64,000 nucleotides of DNA from Alphaproteobacteria bacterium (GTDB lineage: Bacteria > Pseudomonadota > Alphaproteobacteria > SHVV01): assembly GCA_965261735.1 (NCBI GenBank), contig OZ253470.1:4256001-4320000 (forward strand), given 5' to 3'. Both the position numbers and the translations under genes were made by a program. The notes below the pieces were generated by a model that made no database searches, was not told where the DNA came from, and saw only the letters and a list, made by a program, of their open reading frames with translations. Below, piece after piece: positions 31,904 through 42,440 of the stretch. Positions within the stretch are counted from its first letter, which is position 1. Each line of letters opens with the position of its first letter.

Positions 31904-32896
31904 GTATGTTCTCAATATGTTCTGTATGAGGGGGTCACGGTTATGGGGTTCAAGGTTGCATCGCGCGTGCGTGGTCTGAACGACGAGGCGTTTCGGGAGG
32001 CCTTCGGCACCAAGGAGCAGTGCCGCGCGGCGCTGGTCCGGCTGCGCTGGCCGGGCGGCTTCGTCTGCCCCTGCTGCGGCCATCGGGAGCATTGCGTGTT
32101 GGCGGGTCGGGGTCTCTATCAATGCAACCGGTGCAAGAAGCAGACATCGCCCACGGCGGGCACGATCTTCCACGCGACCAAGCTGCCGCTGACAGTCTGG
32201 TTTGCCGCCATCCACCTGATCGTGACGGCGAAGAACGGCATCTCGTCGGTGGAACTCGGCCGCCGTCTCGGGGTCAAGCAGCCGACGGCCTGGGCCGTGA
32301 AGCACAAGATCATGGCGGTGATGGCGCGGCGCGAGGGGGAGACGGCGCTTACGGGGCGGGTCGAGATGGACGACGCCTATCTCGGCGGGGTGCGCTCCGG
32401 CGGCAAGCGGGGCCGCGGCGCGGCGGGCAAAACGCCCTTCGTGGCGGCGGTCTCGACCAGTCCCGAGGGGCGCCCGCGCAAGCTGAAGCTGGCGTCGGTC
32501 AAGGGCTTCCGCAAGCGCGAGATCGCGCGCGGCGCCAAGCACTGGCTGGCCCCCGGAGCGGCGGTTGTGACGGACGGCCTGGGCTGCTGGAGCGCACTCG
32601 AAGAAGCCGCCTGCAGCCACCAGGCGATCCGCACCGGGTCGGGCCGCCAGGCGGCCCGCATGGCATCGTTCAAATGGGTGAACACGACGCTCGGCAACAT
32701 CAAAAGCGCGATCACCGGGACTTATCGCAAGCTCGGCCCCGACCATGCCGGACGCTATCTCGCCAGCTTCGCCTGGCGCTACAACCGGCGCTATCAACTC
32801 CAGACAATGATCCCGCGTTTCGTCCATAGCGCCGCACGAAACCAGCCCATGCCCTATCGCCTCCTCATCGCCGGATGACTTTCAGGGATGGGCAGG
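31904..32896 (+). mobile_element. IS1595-family type B, left tip lost; transposase 31943..32878
   Basis: Near-identical to 14866-15859; right IR degenerate (GGATGGGCAGG). Confidence 0.92.
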
Positions 32897-33062
32897 TAAG
32901 AATTTGACGCCTCGGACTCTAACGATTTCACTATGTTAGTACGCCGATCGGCGCTGAATACGTACGCCGAATAACACTCGGGTTCCCGGAGCGTCGGGCC
33001 AGCCGGGGCGGGCCGCGGGGGAGCGGAGACGCCGCAACCGTACGGCGCCTCCGCGACCGAGG

Positions 33063-34100
33063 CTAGTTGAGGTGGAAGATGCCCTCGTCGGGGACCTTCT
33101 CGATGATCCCGAGGTCCTTGTAGATTTGGAACTCGGCCATGAATATGTCCTTGAGGTCCTTGGCCGGCACGGCAAACCAGCGCATCGTGCGTCCGGCGAA
33201 GCCATCCTTGTACATCGAGCGCACGACGTGCTCCTTGAGGCTGGCCCCGCCCGAGCCTTGGGCGCCCGTGATCTTGGTCTTGGGACCGAGGATCTTGATG
33301 GCTTCCTCGATGTCGTTGTCGAGCAGGGCCTGAGCCTCCCTAACGGACTGCAGCACGCCCTTCACGACCTGCGGGTTCTTATCGATGAAATCGGCGCGCA
33401 TGGCGGTCGCCTGATACATGCGGCCACGGCCGAGGATTTTGGCCACCTCGTCGTCGGGGAAGAACAGCACCCGGAACTTGCCGGGAGCCTTGCTGAAGAG
33501 GTCGATCGTCTGTCCGGTCAGCACTGTGGCGGCATCGTAGTCGCCGCGCTCGAGCAAGTTGATGGCCTGGATGATGTTGAGGTTGATGACCTTGACGTCC
33601 TTGTCGATATCCAGCCCATGGTGCTTGAGCACCAGCGTCAGGTAGGCCCAGATATACGAGACCTTGGGGAAGCCGACGGTCTTGCCGCGGAGGTCCGAGA
33701 TCTTGTTGATGCCGCTGTCGGCCCGCACCACCACGGGCCATGGGTAGGCCGCGCTGCCGCTGACGATACGGATCGGCACGCCCTTGTTGTACTGTTTCGC
33801 CATGACGTCGAGGCCCGAGAACAGGATGCCGTTGTAGACGCCGGTGAAGAGGTCGTTATAGAACGCGGCGCCCGTGGTGCGGATCTGCCAGTCCAGCGAG
33901 TACCCGTTCTTTTTGTCGTAGCCCTTGGCGAGAATGATCGCGAGGGGGTGCGCACTGACAGAGGGTCCGGGAAAGCTCCCCGAACTGTAGGAAGTCTGGG
34001 CTTGGGCGACCGACGCCCCGAGGACCGCCGCGACGAGCGCGCCAATCCCGCCGAGCACCGCCGAACGCAGCCTCGGCGCACGTCCCGTTCTGTTAAACAT
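33063..34100 (-). CDS. ABC transporter substrate-binding protein (NitT/TauT, SsuA-like), orphan
   Basis: Signal peptide ending AQA; VVVRADSGINKISDLRGKTVG motif. Confidence 0.85.
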   Translation of the reverse strand: MFNRTGRAPRLRSAVLGGIGALVAAVLGASVAQAQTSYSSGSFPGPSVSAHPLAIILAKGYDKKNGYSLDWQIRTTGAAFYNDLFTGVYNGILFSGLDVMAKQYNKGVPIRIVSGSAAYPWPVVVRADSGINKISDLRGKTVGFPKVSYIWAYLTLVLKHHGLDIDKDVKVINLNIIQAINLLERGDYDAATVLTGQTIDLFSKAPGKFRVLFFPDDEVAKILGRGRMYQATAMRADFIDKNPQVVKGVLQSVREAQALLDNDIEEAIKILGPKTKITGAQGSGGASLKEHVVRSMYKDGFAGRTMRWFAVPAKDLKDIFMAEFQIYKDLGIIEKVPDEGIFHLN

Positions 34101-34208
34101 AGGTACCCTCCCTATCCCGTGGAATTATTAGAAAAGAGTATGACGCGTGGCATCATGCTACAGCGACACTGCGATGCGCAACCGTGCGGCGGACCGTGCC
34201 AGCGCACC

Positions 34209-35361
34209 TAGTGGATTGATTCCAACGTTTGGAACCCTCTGTTTCGTGCGGCGATGATATGATCGGGGTCGGCTTTCCAGATGAAGGGTTTTGGGTTTGC
34301 GTCATTGTATTCGCGGACAAATCGGTTGATGGCGTCCTGAAGGTCGACGACGGATTGGAAGACGCCGTATTTGAGCCTGCGCCGCGTTAGTTTGGCGAAG
34401 AAGCCCTCGACGGCATTGAGCCACGAGCACGAGGTTGGCGTGAAGTGGAAGGTCCAGCGTGGATGGCGGGCGAGCCAGGCGCGGACCTTGTCCTTCTTGT
34501 GCGCGGCGTAGTTGTCGAGGATGACGTGGACGGCCTTGTCCGTCGGCACCTCGCGCTCGATGCGGTTGAGGAAGCGGATGAACTCCTGATGGCGGTGGCG
34601 CTGCATGTTCTGTGCGATGACCGTACCGTCCAGCACGTTGAGCGCGGCGAACAGCGTCGTCGTGCCATGCCGTTTGTAATCATAGGTCATCGTACCGGCG
34701 CGGCCCTTCTTCATCGGCAAGCCGGGTTGGGTGCGGTCGAGCGCCTGGATCTGTGATTTCTCATCAACCGACAGCACCACGGCATGGGCCGGCGGATCGA
34801 CATACAAGCCGACGATATCTGTGAGCTTCTCGGCGAAGGCGGGATCATTGGAGAGCTTGAAGTGCCGCCAGCGGTGCGGGCTGAGGCCATGGGCCTTCCA
34901 GATCGCTTGGACCGTCGACGCCGCGACGCCAGCAACCTTCGCCATCGCGCGCAGCGTCCAGTGGGTCGCCTCGTGCGGCGGCGCTTGCTGGGTCAGGCGG
35001 ACGATCTCGGCGACGCGCTCCGGCGGGATCGGCGCTTTGCCAGGCGGACGGGACCTGTCGCGAAGCAAGCCGTTGACACCCTCGTGCATGAACCGCTCCT
35101 GCCAGCGCCAGACACAGGTCTTGGACTTGCCGGTCTCGGCCATGATCGACGAGTTCCCGAGCCCCTCGTCGCTCTTCAGGATGATCCGCGCCCGCCAGAC
35201 ATGTTTCTGCGAGCTCTTCGGGTCCGCGACGATAGCTTGCAATCGCTGACGGTCGCCAGACGTGACAGTAAAATGGATGCCGGTGCGCATAGCACAGACT
35301 CGCATGACACCGCACAATACGGAATCTCAAATCGGACTCTTTCGTTCCGATCAATCCACTA
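34209..35361 (-). mobile_element. IS630-family element, complete; transposase 34208..35290
   Basis: TA-flanked IRs TAGTGGATTGAT/ATCAATCCACTA; DEKSQIQ, YKRHGT, ILDNY, WLNAVE. Confidence 0.95.
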
Positions 35362-35392
35362 GGATCGATCGCGGGACCGCTCCAGCGCCCCC

Positions 35393-36022
35393 CTATCGCG
35401 CCTCGGAGGCCGTGCGCTCGGTATCGGCGCGGGGCGGCCAGATGAGCGGGAACTGGTCGTGATCGGGGGGAAAGGGATCGCCGGGCTTGAGGCCGGGGTC
35501 GCGCAGCGGTTTCGGCCGCCCCGGGCCGCGCTCGGCGTAGGTCGCGTCGTCGCCCGCGAAACGATAGATGATGGCGCGCCGCCGCCGGTCGCTTTGGTTG
35601 CCGGGCGCCGAGTGAATCGTGAGCAGATGGTTGACGATGCAATCGCCCGGCTCGGTGTCGAAGCCGACGATCCGGTACTGGTCGCGGGCCGCATCGAAGT
35701 CGGGCATCGGGTCGAAACCGTCGCTCAGCTCGTAGGCGTCGGAGCCATCGAAGGGCGCCGCCTCGAACCAGCGTCCCCATTTGTGCGAGCCCGTGACCCA
35801 CTCTACGGCGCCGCTCTCCGCGGTGGCGGTGTCGAGCGAGAGCCACATACCGCAGGCCTGGGAGCCGTCGTACCAGTTGTAGGGTTGGTCGTGGTGCCAC
35901 GGCGTCAGCGAGGGCGTGTGCGGCTCTTTGACCAGGATCAGGTCCGCCATCAGGTTGATGCGCGCCGAGCGCATACAGGCGGCGGCGATGGCGCCGCTCG
36001 GTGACTCGAGGGCGAGCGCCCG
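35393..36022 (-). pseudogene. Phytanoyl-CoA dioxygenase (PhyH) family, 5'-truncated
   Basis: TPWHHDQ (HxD), GSHKW, PGD, TIHSA, RRA. Confidence 0.8.
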
Positions 36023-36232
36023 GAGCCGGGGACCACGAAGCTCGCTCTTCTCGTCGCCCATCTCAGTGCCCCGGGCGGCGCGACCATCGCCGAACTCTGT
36101 AAGGCAACGGGCTGGCAGCCCCATTCGGTTCGAGGCGGGCTCGCCGGTGCGCTGCGACGCAAGGGCCACGTCATCCGGTCCGAGAAAGAAGGGGGCCAGC
36201 GGCGCTACCGCATCGAGGAACCGGTGACATGA
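36023..36232 (+). pseudogene. DUF3489-family (wHTH-like) protein, 5'-truncated; not in the ORF track
   Basis: Manual translation TKLALLVAHLSAPGGATIAELCKATGWQPHSVRGGLAG...RRYRI*; stop overlaps the next ATG. Confidence 0.75.
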
Positions 36233-36642
36233 CCGGCGAGGCGCCGCTTGCGGACGAGATCGAGGCGCTCACGCCCCTTGGTCTCGAAGGGCTTCGAGAG
36301 GTTTGGCGCAACCGCTACGGTGTCCCGCCGAAGCTGCGCTCGGCTGCGCTGTTGCGTCATTGTCTGGCCTGGCGGCTGCAGGCAGAGGCTCTCGGCGGTC
36401 TCGATCGTGACACACGGCGCAAGCTCAAGCGCCGCCAGCGGGTCCAGGCAGAAGGTCTTGAGCTCGGGATCGGGACCACGCTGCAGCGCGAATGGCAAGG
36501 GCAGATAGTCCAGGTCACGGTCGAAGAAGAGGGGTTTCGCCACGGGGGTCAACTCTTCAAGAGCCTCTCCGCGGCCGCGACCGCGATCGCGGGCACGCGT
36601 TGGAATGGCCCGCGCTTCTTCGGCCTCCGATCCGCCAAATGA
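36229..36642 (+). CDS. DUF2924-family protein
   Basis: LAWRLQAEALGGL, GTTLQREWQG, SLSAAATAIAGTRWNGPRFFGL. Confidence 0.88.
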   Translation: MTGEAPLADEIEALTPLGLEGLREVWRNRYGVPPKLRSAALLRHCLAWRLQAEALGGLDRDTRRKLKRRQRVQAEGLELGIGTTLQREWQGQIVQVTVEEEGFRHGGQLFKSLSAAATAIAGTRWNGPRFFGLRSAK

Positions 36643-37337
36643 GCCAACCCCGTCTCCACTGTGCCCTCTATACGAGGAAGAGTAGCGAGGAAGGCCTCGA
36701 GCAGGCGTTCAACTCCCTCGATGCGCAGCGCGAAGCCTGCGCGGCGTATGTGAAGAGCCAGGCCGGCGAAGGTTGGAGAGCAGTTCGGGCCCGCTACGAC
36801 GATGGCGGCTTCTCCGGCGCGTCCATGGAGCGCCCGGCGCTCAAGCGGCTTCTCTGCGACATCGTTGTTGTCCGCGCCGAGCTCCACGATCAGTCGCTGC
36901 ACTGCTTGCTGCCGATCGACCGGATCGTCGCGATGCGCCAGCGCCTCGAGCCGCACGAACGCCTCGAGCCGGATCCGGCCGATGCGCGTCTCGCCAGACT
37001 GCATCTGCCCCTTGTCCGGCGTCGTGGCGAGACCTGGGTTCTCAAGGGCCCAAGTGCGGGACACATGCCGGACCCTGTTCTGGTCAAGGCGCTCCGCTCC
37101 GCACACGCCATGCTGCACCACGATGATGGCGGATTGCCCGTGCTCGTCACAGCGCCGGATACGCCCTATCGCCGCCAGCTCGTTCGCCTGGCCTTTCTGG
37201 CGCCGGAGATCCAAAGAGCGATTGTTGAAGGTCGCCAATCCGCAGGCCTGACACTGGCACAGCTCCTCAAGGGCCCGATGCCGCTCGACTGGCCGCAACA
37301 GGCCGTCCGAATCGGCATTGCGGCATCGCTGGAATAG
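36639..37337 (+). pseudogene. Large serine recombinase with in-frame internal deletion
   Basis: CALYTRKSSEEGLEQ.FNSLDAQRE and DDGGFSG..MERPAL; near 36862 jumps directly to the C-terminal LVRLAFLAPEIQRAIVEG. Confidence 0.82.
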
Positions 37338-37434
37338 GGACCAGCACCCACATCCCGCTCACTCGACTACGGCAAGACGGGCCGGATTATTTCCTGTTCC
37401 CTTCATTTGCTTCCCTGATATCGACTGCCCTTCC

Positions 37435-37603
37435 CCCTGTTTTGCAGAAAAGACCCCCTGTTTTGCAGAAAAGAACCCCTGTTCTGCAGAAAAGAACCTC
37501 TGTTCTGCAGAAAAGAACCCCTGTTCTGCAGAAAAGAACCCCTGTTCTGCAGAAAAGAACCCCTGTTCTGCAGAAAAGACCCCCTGTTCTGCAGAAAAAC
37601 AGG
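37435..37603 (+). repeat. Tandem array of eight 21-bp units (CCCTGTTCTGCAGAAAAGAAC)
   Basis: Units start at 37435, 37456, 37477, 37498, 37519, 37540, 37561 and 37582; no variable spacers. Confidence 0.95.
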
Positions 37604-37924
37604 AAAGTTCAGAAGTCATTGATAAAAAAAGATAATTTCTTCATTTTGGTCGGCAGTTCGCTACAATCTCCCTGTTTTGAGGCCGTAATCGCAAAGATTC
37701 CCTGTTGCCACCAAACTCACCCTTGCATCGCGCTCGCGGAGACCGCACGCCGCGAAGCCCGGCAATGGCCGGAAATGCTCCCGGGTTCAGGAGCTCAGAA
37801 TTCCGTTTGACCGCGAAACGGGCCCTGTTTCCCGCGGCTTGGCCGAGCTATGCGATGAAGAGACTGCTTCGCCGGGGTGGCTGGCTGTGCAGGCAGTCTC
37901 CCGCGAACTCGTCTCTGAGGCCAA

Positions 37925-38096
37925 TTCCCTGTTTAACAGGGAAAATACAGGGAAATTTTCTCTTTTGCAGGGATTCAGAAGCTTTCCTGTGTTCAAAACA
38001 TGGCAGAAACGCTAGTGTTTTCGGTCCAATTCCCTAAACCATGTAACAGGGAATTTATTTGAACGAACAGGGATTTTGTTCGGGAGAACAGGGAAT
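37925..38096. repeat. Palindrome TTCCCTGTT-T-AACAGGGAA plus 21-bp-phased AACAGGG boxes
   Basis: Palindrome 37925-37943; boxes at 38045, 38066 and 38087. Confidence 0.8.
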
Positions 38097-38189
38097 TCTA
38101 CTGGTCCACGGCGGCAGCCGAAACATGATCGCGCCCGGCGCCGGCGCCGGGTCGATGTGGTTCATGAGTTGGCGGGAGCCTGAGGCCGC

Positions 38190-39185
38190 TTGGTTGTTGC
38201 ACGGCATCTTCGACGTGCAGCCCTGTTCGAAGGACTTCGAGGCGAAGTTCGCCGACGTGGCGACCGCGTACGGGTCGCCGCTCCCACCACGGGCCCGGCA
38301 GGAGATCCTGCGGATTGCGGAACGGCTGGCACTCGTGGAAGAGCAGATCGCCCGGGTCGAGGCCGAACGTAATGCGTTCGTGCTGTCTGGAGAGGCAACC
38401 TCGATGGTGGATGCGCCCGAGGGAAGCCAAGCGCGGGCGGCGGCGAAGATCGCGGCGTTGACCCGGCTGAAGGCGATCGGTCCGAACGACGCAACCATCC
38501 TGACGCACGAGGTCTTCTACCGCGGGTTCCGCAATCGTCGCGAACTCGCGAGCTGGGTCGGTGTGACGCCAGCCCCTTGGGCGAGCGGAGACACGTACCG
38601 CGACCAGGGGATCAGCCGCGACGGTCCGGCATGGATCCGGGCACAGCTCATCCAAATGGCGTGGCGTTGGCTGCGCTATCAGCCTGATAGCGCGCTCAGC
38701 AAGTGGTTCAACGAGCGCACTGCGGGGTCCCGCGGGCGGATCCGCCGGGTGATGATCGTGGCGCTCGCCCGCAAGCTGCTCATCGCGCTCTGGCGGTTCT
38801 CCGAGACCGGTCTCGTGCCGACTAGCGCCACGCTCGTCTGATCGCGAGACCGCGCTGTTCCAGACCGGTCGGACGCGGCCGGGGCTGGGCCGGGTGGCGA
38901 GTGGCCGAAGCTCTTCCAGGCTGAAACACGCTGACCGAGAGATGGTCCCCGCCTCCGGAACGCTGCACCCGCAGCAAGCGGGATCGAGGGACGGTTCCGG
39001 CGGACCGTCGCCGAAAAACCTCCCGGATGAGAGTTGGGTATGTGCACAAGCGCGACCGATGCGAAAAGCGTTCCGACCTGGCTACAAGGCAATCAACCAT
39101 CAATCCGATCAACCCAGAAAGCGAGTTCGCCATGCAGTAAACCCAACCAACTTCTCCGCTTGACTGCGTCTGCCCTCATAAGAGC
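38190..39185 (+). mobile_element. IS110-family 3' fragment with long non-coding end
   Basis: FRNRRELASWVG, WASG, DQGISRDG, IVALARKLLIALW* at 38841; ~340-bp tail ending CCCTCATAAGAG. Confidence 0.8.
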
Positions 39186-39272
39186 GAGAGTTTGAGCCAA
39201 AGGCGGGCGAGGGCGGATGCCGAAGAGGGTGCCCCCGCCCGGTTCCGCATTCACGCAATCCCGGAGACTGAA

Positions 39273-40312
39273 ATGCACGACCCCGAACGCGATATCTCTG
39301 ACATCCCGCTGTCCCAACTCGAACTCTCGCCCGACAATGTGCGCAAGACGCCGGCGGATGATTCGGCCTTCACCGAGCTCAAGGCCTCGATCGCCGCCCA
39401 CGGGCTGCTCGAGAACCTGATTGCCCGTTCCATGGGACCCGGCGCGGATGGCCCCGGGCGCTACGCGGTGATCGCCGGCGGACGGCGGCTTGCCGCGATG
39501 CAGGCGCTGGCCGCCGAGGGCACGCTGGACGAGGACCACCCCGTGCCCTGCCGCATGATCGGAAGCATCGTGGCGGCCGAAGAGGTTTCGCTGGCCGAGA
39601 ACAGTGTCCGCGCCGCAATGCACACGGCCGATCAGGTCGAAGCCTTCCGCCGCCTGGCCGATGCGGGTAGCACGGCGGGCGCCATCGCGGCGCGCTTCGG
39701 GGTCTCGGAGCGCACCGTGGAGAAGCGGCTGCGGCTCGGCAACGCCGCACCGGTACTGCTCGAGGCCTACCGCGCGGGCGACATCGATCTGGAAACATTG
39801 ATGGCCTTTGCCGTCACCACGGATCAGGCTCGCCAAAGCACGGTCTGGGCGGCGGTGAGCCAGCAGGGCTACCGGCCCGGCGCCTGGCAGATCAAGCGCC
39901 TGCTGACCGAGGACCGGGTTCCGGCTACGTCCGCCATCGCGCGTTTCGTCGGCATCGAGGCTTACGAGGCGGCGGGCGGCCAGATCGACCGCGACCTGTT
40001 CGCCGAGGAGGACGAGCGGGGGATCTGGTTCGACGATCCCGATCTGTTGAACAAGCTCGCCATGGACAACCTACAGGCCGTGGCGAGGGAACTGGAGACG
40101 CGCGGGAAATGGGCCGAGGCGCGGCTCGACGTGGACTGGAACGCTACCGCGAGCTTTGGGCGGGTCGGCCGAGCCGACGGACGAGGAGAAGGCCGAGATC
40201 GAACGCTTGAGGACCCGCAACGACGAACTCGCCAATATGGAGGACGACGGCTGGACCGAAGAATTGGTCGAGGAAGCCGATGCCAACGAGACGCGCCTGG
40301 ACGAGATCGAGG
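39273..40312 (+). pseudogene. ParB/RepB/Spo0J-family protein of ICE/plasmid type, frameshifted and truncated
   Basis: NVRKT, GLLENL, IAGGRRLAA, SLAENSVR, YEAAGG. Confidence 0.8.
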
Positions 40313-40756
40313 TTCATCGACAGCGATCTCTATCTGCCCTCGATGCACTCGCAGGGCATCGATGCCATCGCCATCATCATCGATACCTCCGCCTCGCTGC
40401 CGGGCGAAACGCTGGCCCTGTTCTGGGCCGAGGTCCGCGAGATCGCCGCCGAACTGCAACCGAACAGCATCTATGTCCTTCAGGTCGACGCGGTGCTGCA
40501 GGACGCGGCCCAATATCCCGCCGGGGAACTACCGGACAGCATCACGATCAAGGGACGCGGCGGGACCGATTTCCGGCCAGGCTTCGCATGGCTCCATGAG
40601 CATGGGGTGCATCCAAGCTGCTGCCTCTACCTGACCGACATGGAATGTGACAGCTACCCCGAGGCCGCGCCCCCATATCCTGTGGCTTGGGTCGTTTGGG
40701 GCGGCGATCGATACCGCCAGCCCTGGGGCGAGCGCATCGACATCGGACCAGCCTGA
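40313..40756 (+). pseudogene. VWA-like domain (DUF2201-type) C-terminal fragment
   Basis: LYLPS, IIDTSAS, GRGGTDFRP, LYLTD. Confidence 0.75.
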
Positions 40757-40929
40757 TACCGCGGGCCGCGCCCGCATAATCCTTCATATCCGTGCCTCCG
40801 CCCGCAAGGAGGCGGGTTGCGCTGAGGCCGGGTGAACCGGGGCCGGGAGAGCGATGACACCGGCTTAACCGGCGGCGAACGCGCCCGCGCGTCCGCCCGT
40901 CGTCCAGCCCAATCCCACATTCCCAGCGA

Positions 40930-41372
40930 ATGCCGATGCCTCAGGCATCCGCTCCAAGCCGGCCGCGTTGCTGGCTGCCGCAATCGCTCTGCTTCTCGAG
41001 CTTGAGGCAGGCCGAGCGCTTGATGCAAAGACCCTGCGCGAAGCCATGAGCGCGGCCTTCGGCGCCAGCGACGGCCAAGGCGCCTGGGTCTGGAAGGACG
41101 CCTACGAAGCGGTCGAAGCCGCAATGGTGCTGTTCATCCAGCGTTACGGCCGCCTCATGCGCCGCGAGGCGGGCGCCGGACAGGGATCCGCCGCCGCCAT
41201 GCTCGCCATGCTGGAAACCCTCGCGGCCCTGGAGCCATCCCAGACGAGGCGGTCGGAAGAACAGCTTGCCCTACAGCAGTTCTCCACCCCCTTGCCGCTC
41301 GCCTACGCCGCGCTGCAAGCCGCCGCCATCCGACCCGGCGACATCGTGCTGGAGCCCTCGGCCGGCACCGGC
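40930..41372 (+). pseudogene. Strawberry-notch/methyltransferase-like protein, N-terminal fragment
   Basis: AFGASDGQGAWVWKDAYEA, RRSEEQLALQQFSTP, VLEPSAGTG. Confidence 0.75.
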
Positions 41373-41435
41373 GGTCACGAAGCGCCGGTCAGTCGCGGCT
41401 ATCTTCCAGCCGTCCGTCAGGCCGGACTGATGTAA
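41373..41435 (+). pseudogene. LytTR-domain C-terminal remnant
   Basis: EAPVSRGYLPAVRQAGLM* resembles the LytTR terminal motif PVSR.Y. Confidence 0.45.
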
Positions 41436-41583
41436 ACGGCCTCTGTGACCTGGTGGGAGGGTCCGACAGGCGCTCTATATTGCAAGAGAACCTTAGTGAC
41501 AGTGCGGCGTCTCTTTTCCGTTGGTGTCTCGGCGTCTCGATTGGCGCGTCTTTACAACTCGTATGGACCAAGACTGACCGGCT

Positions 41584-42440
41584 TCACTCCTTGCGCGGCA
41601 GAAACAACATCGGCACGAAATAGGCGGTAAACAGCGTGAAGGCGACAAACCAACTGCCGGCGGTTGCCCAGAGCAGACTTAGAGCGGGCACGACCTCGAA
41701 GGCTGCGCGTGTGCAGACCGCCAGCGTAGCGAAACCGTATATCGCGACAACCCATGGTCCAGCGTGGAGGTCGCGCCCGGTATGGCCGAGAACCGCGCGG
41801 GTCATGACGGCCAGGGTCATCGTCCCGATCGCGCCGAGTGTAAGTACATGCAGCGCCAACGGCTCCATCACCCAGTCTACGAGCATCGAGGCCCCGAGAA
41901 GGCCGAGGCCCAATGCAAGCCAGAAGTAGCCGGCATGCAACACAGTCACAAGCGGCTCGGCTGCCGTCCTCCAGCCCCGCCATCGTGCCAGCCGGACGAG
42001 GTTCAATGCCCCTGCTAACGTTAGGAGAATGCCGGAAAGCGGGATAGGCGCCGATCCCACCCAGGCCGCGAGCGCAACCGCTGTCACGGCGAGCGTCGTT
42101 TGGTCGAACCGGCCCATCGGCGCTGTGATATTCGGGCCCGCTCGCCGCTCGAACCAGTTGTGCGTGAAGCTCGGAACGATGCGCCCGCCGATCAACGTTA
42201 TTAACAGCGACATGACGGCGATGGAGAGCCGAACACCCGCCTCTCCCACATGAGCCACGCCCGCCGCGGAGAGATGGAACAGCACGTTGGCGGTCAACAT
42301 CAGTATAAGCCCGGCGAGGACCGGCAGATTGCGCCAGTTGCGGCCCGCAACGATCGCGTTACCGACAAGAACCGAGAGAACTCCCAGATAGGCAAGATCG
42401 GCGACCGCCGTTGGCATTGGTCCAGACTGCGCCTCCCCAC
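41584..42440 (-). pseudogene. nnrS: Duplicated 3' part of nnrS, truncated by IS5
   Basis: 41539-42440 is near-identical to 25464-26363. Confidence 0.92.

Noticed and set aside
37435-37603. CRISPR array
   Set aside because: Units abut directly with no unique spacers, and there are no cas genes in the window
37318-37810. Heptapeptide-repeat ORFs (PCSAEKN, SAEQGFF, VLQKRTP)
   Set aside because: By-products of a stop-poor 21-bp repeat read in several frames; no RBS, and the motif continues in inverted non-coding form
37875-37920. tRNA gene at the putative att core (TGGCTGGCTGTGCAGGCAGTC...GCGAACTC)
   Set aside because: Only loosely resembles a reverse-complemented tRNA 3' half; no cloverleaf or intact T-loop
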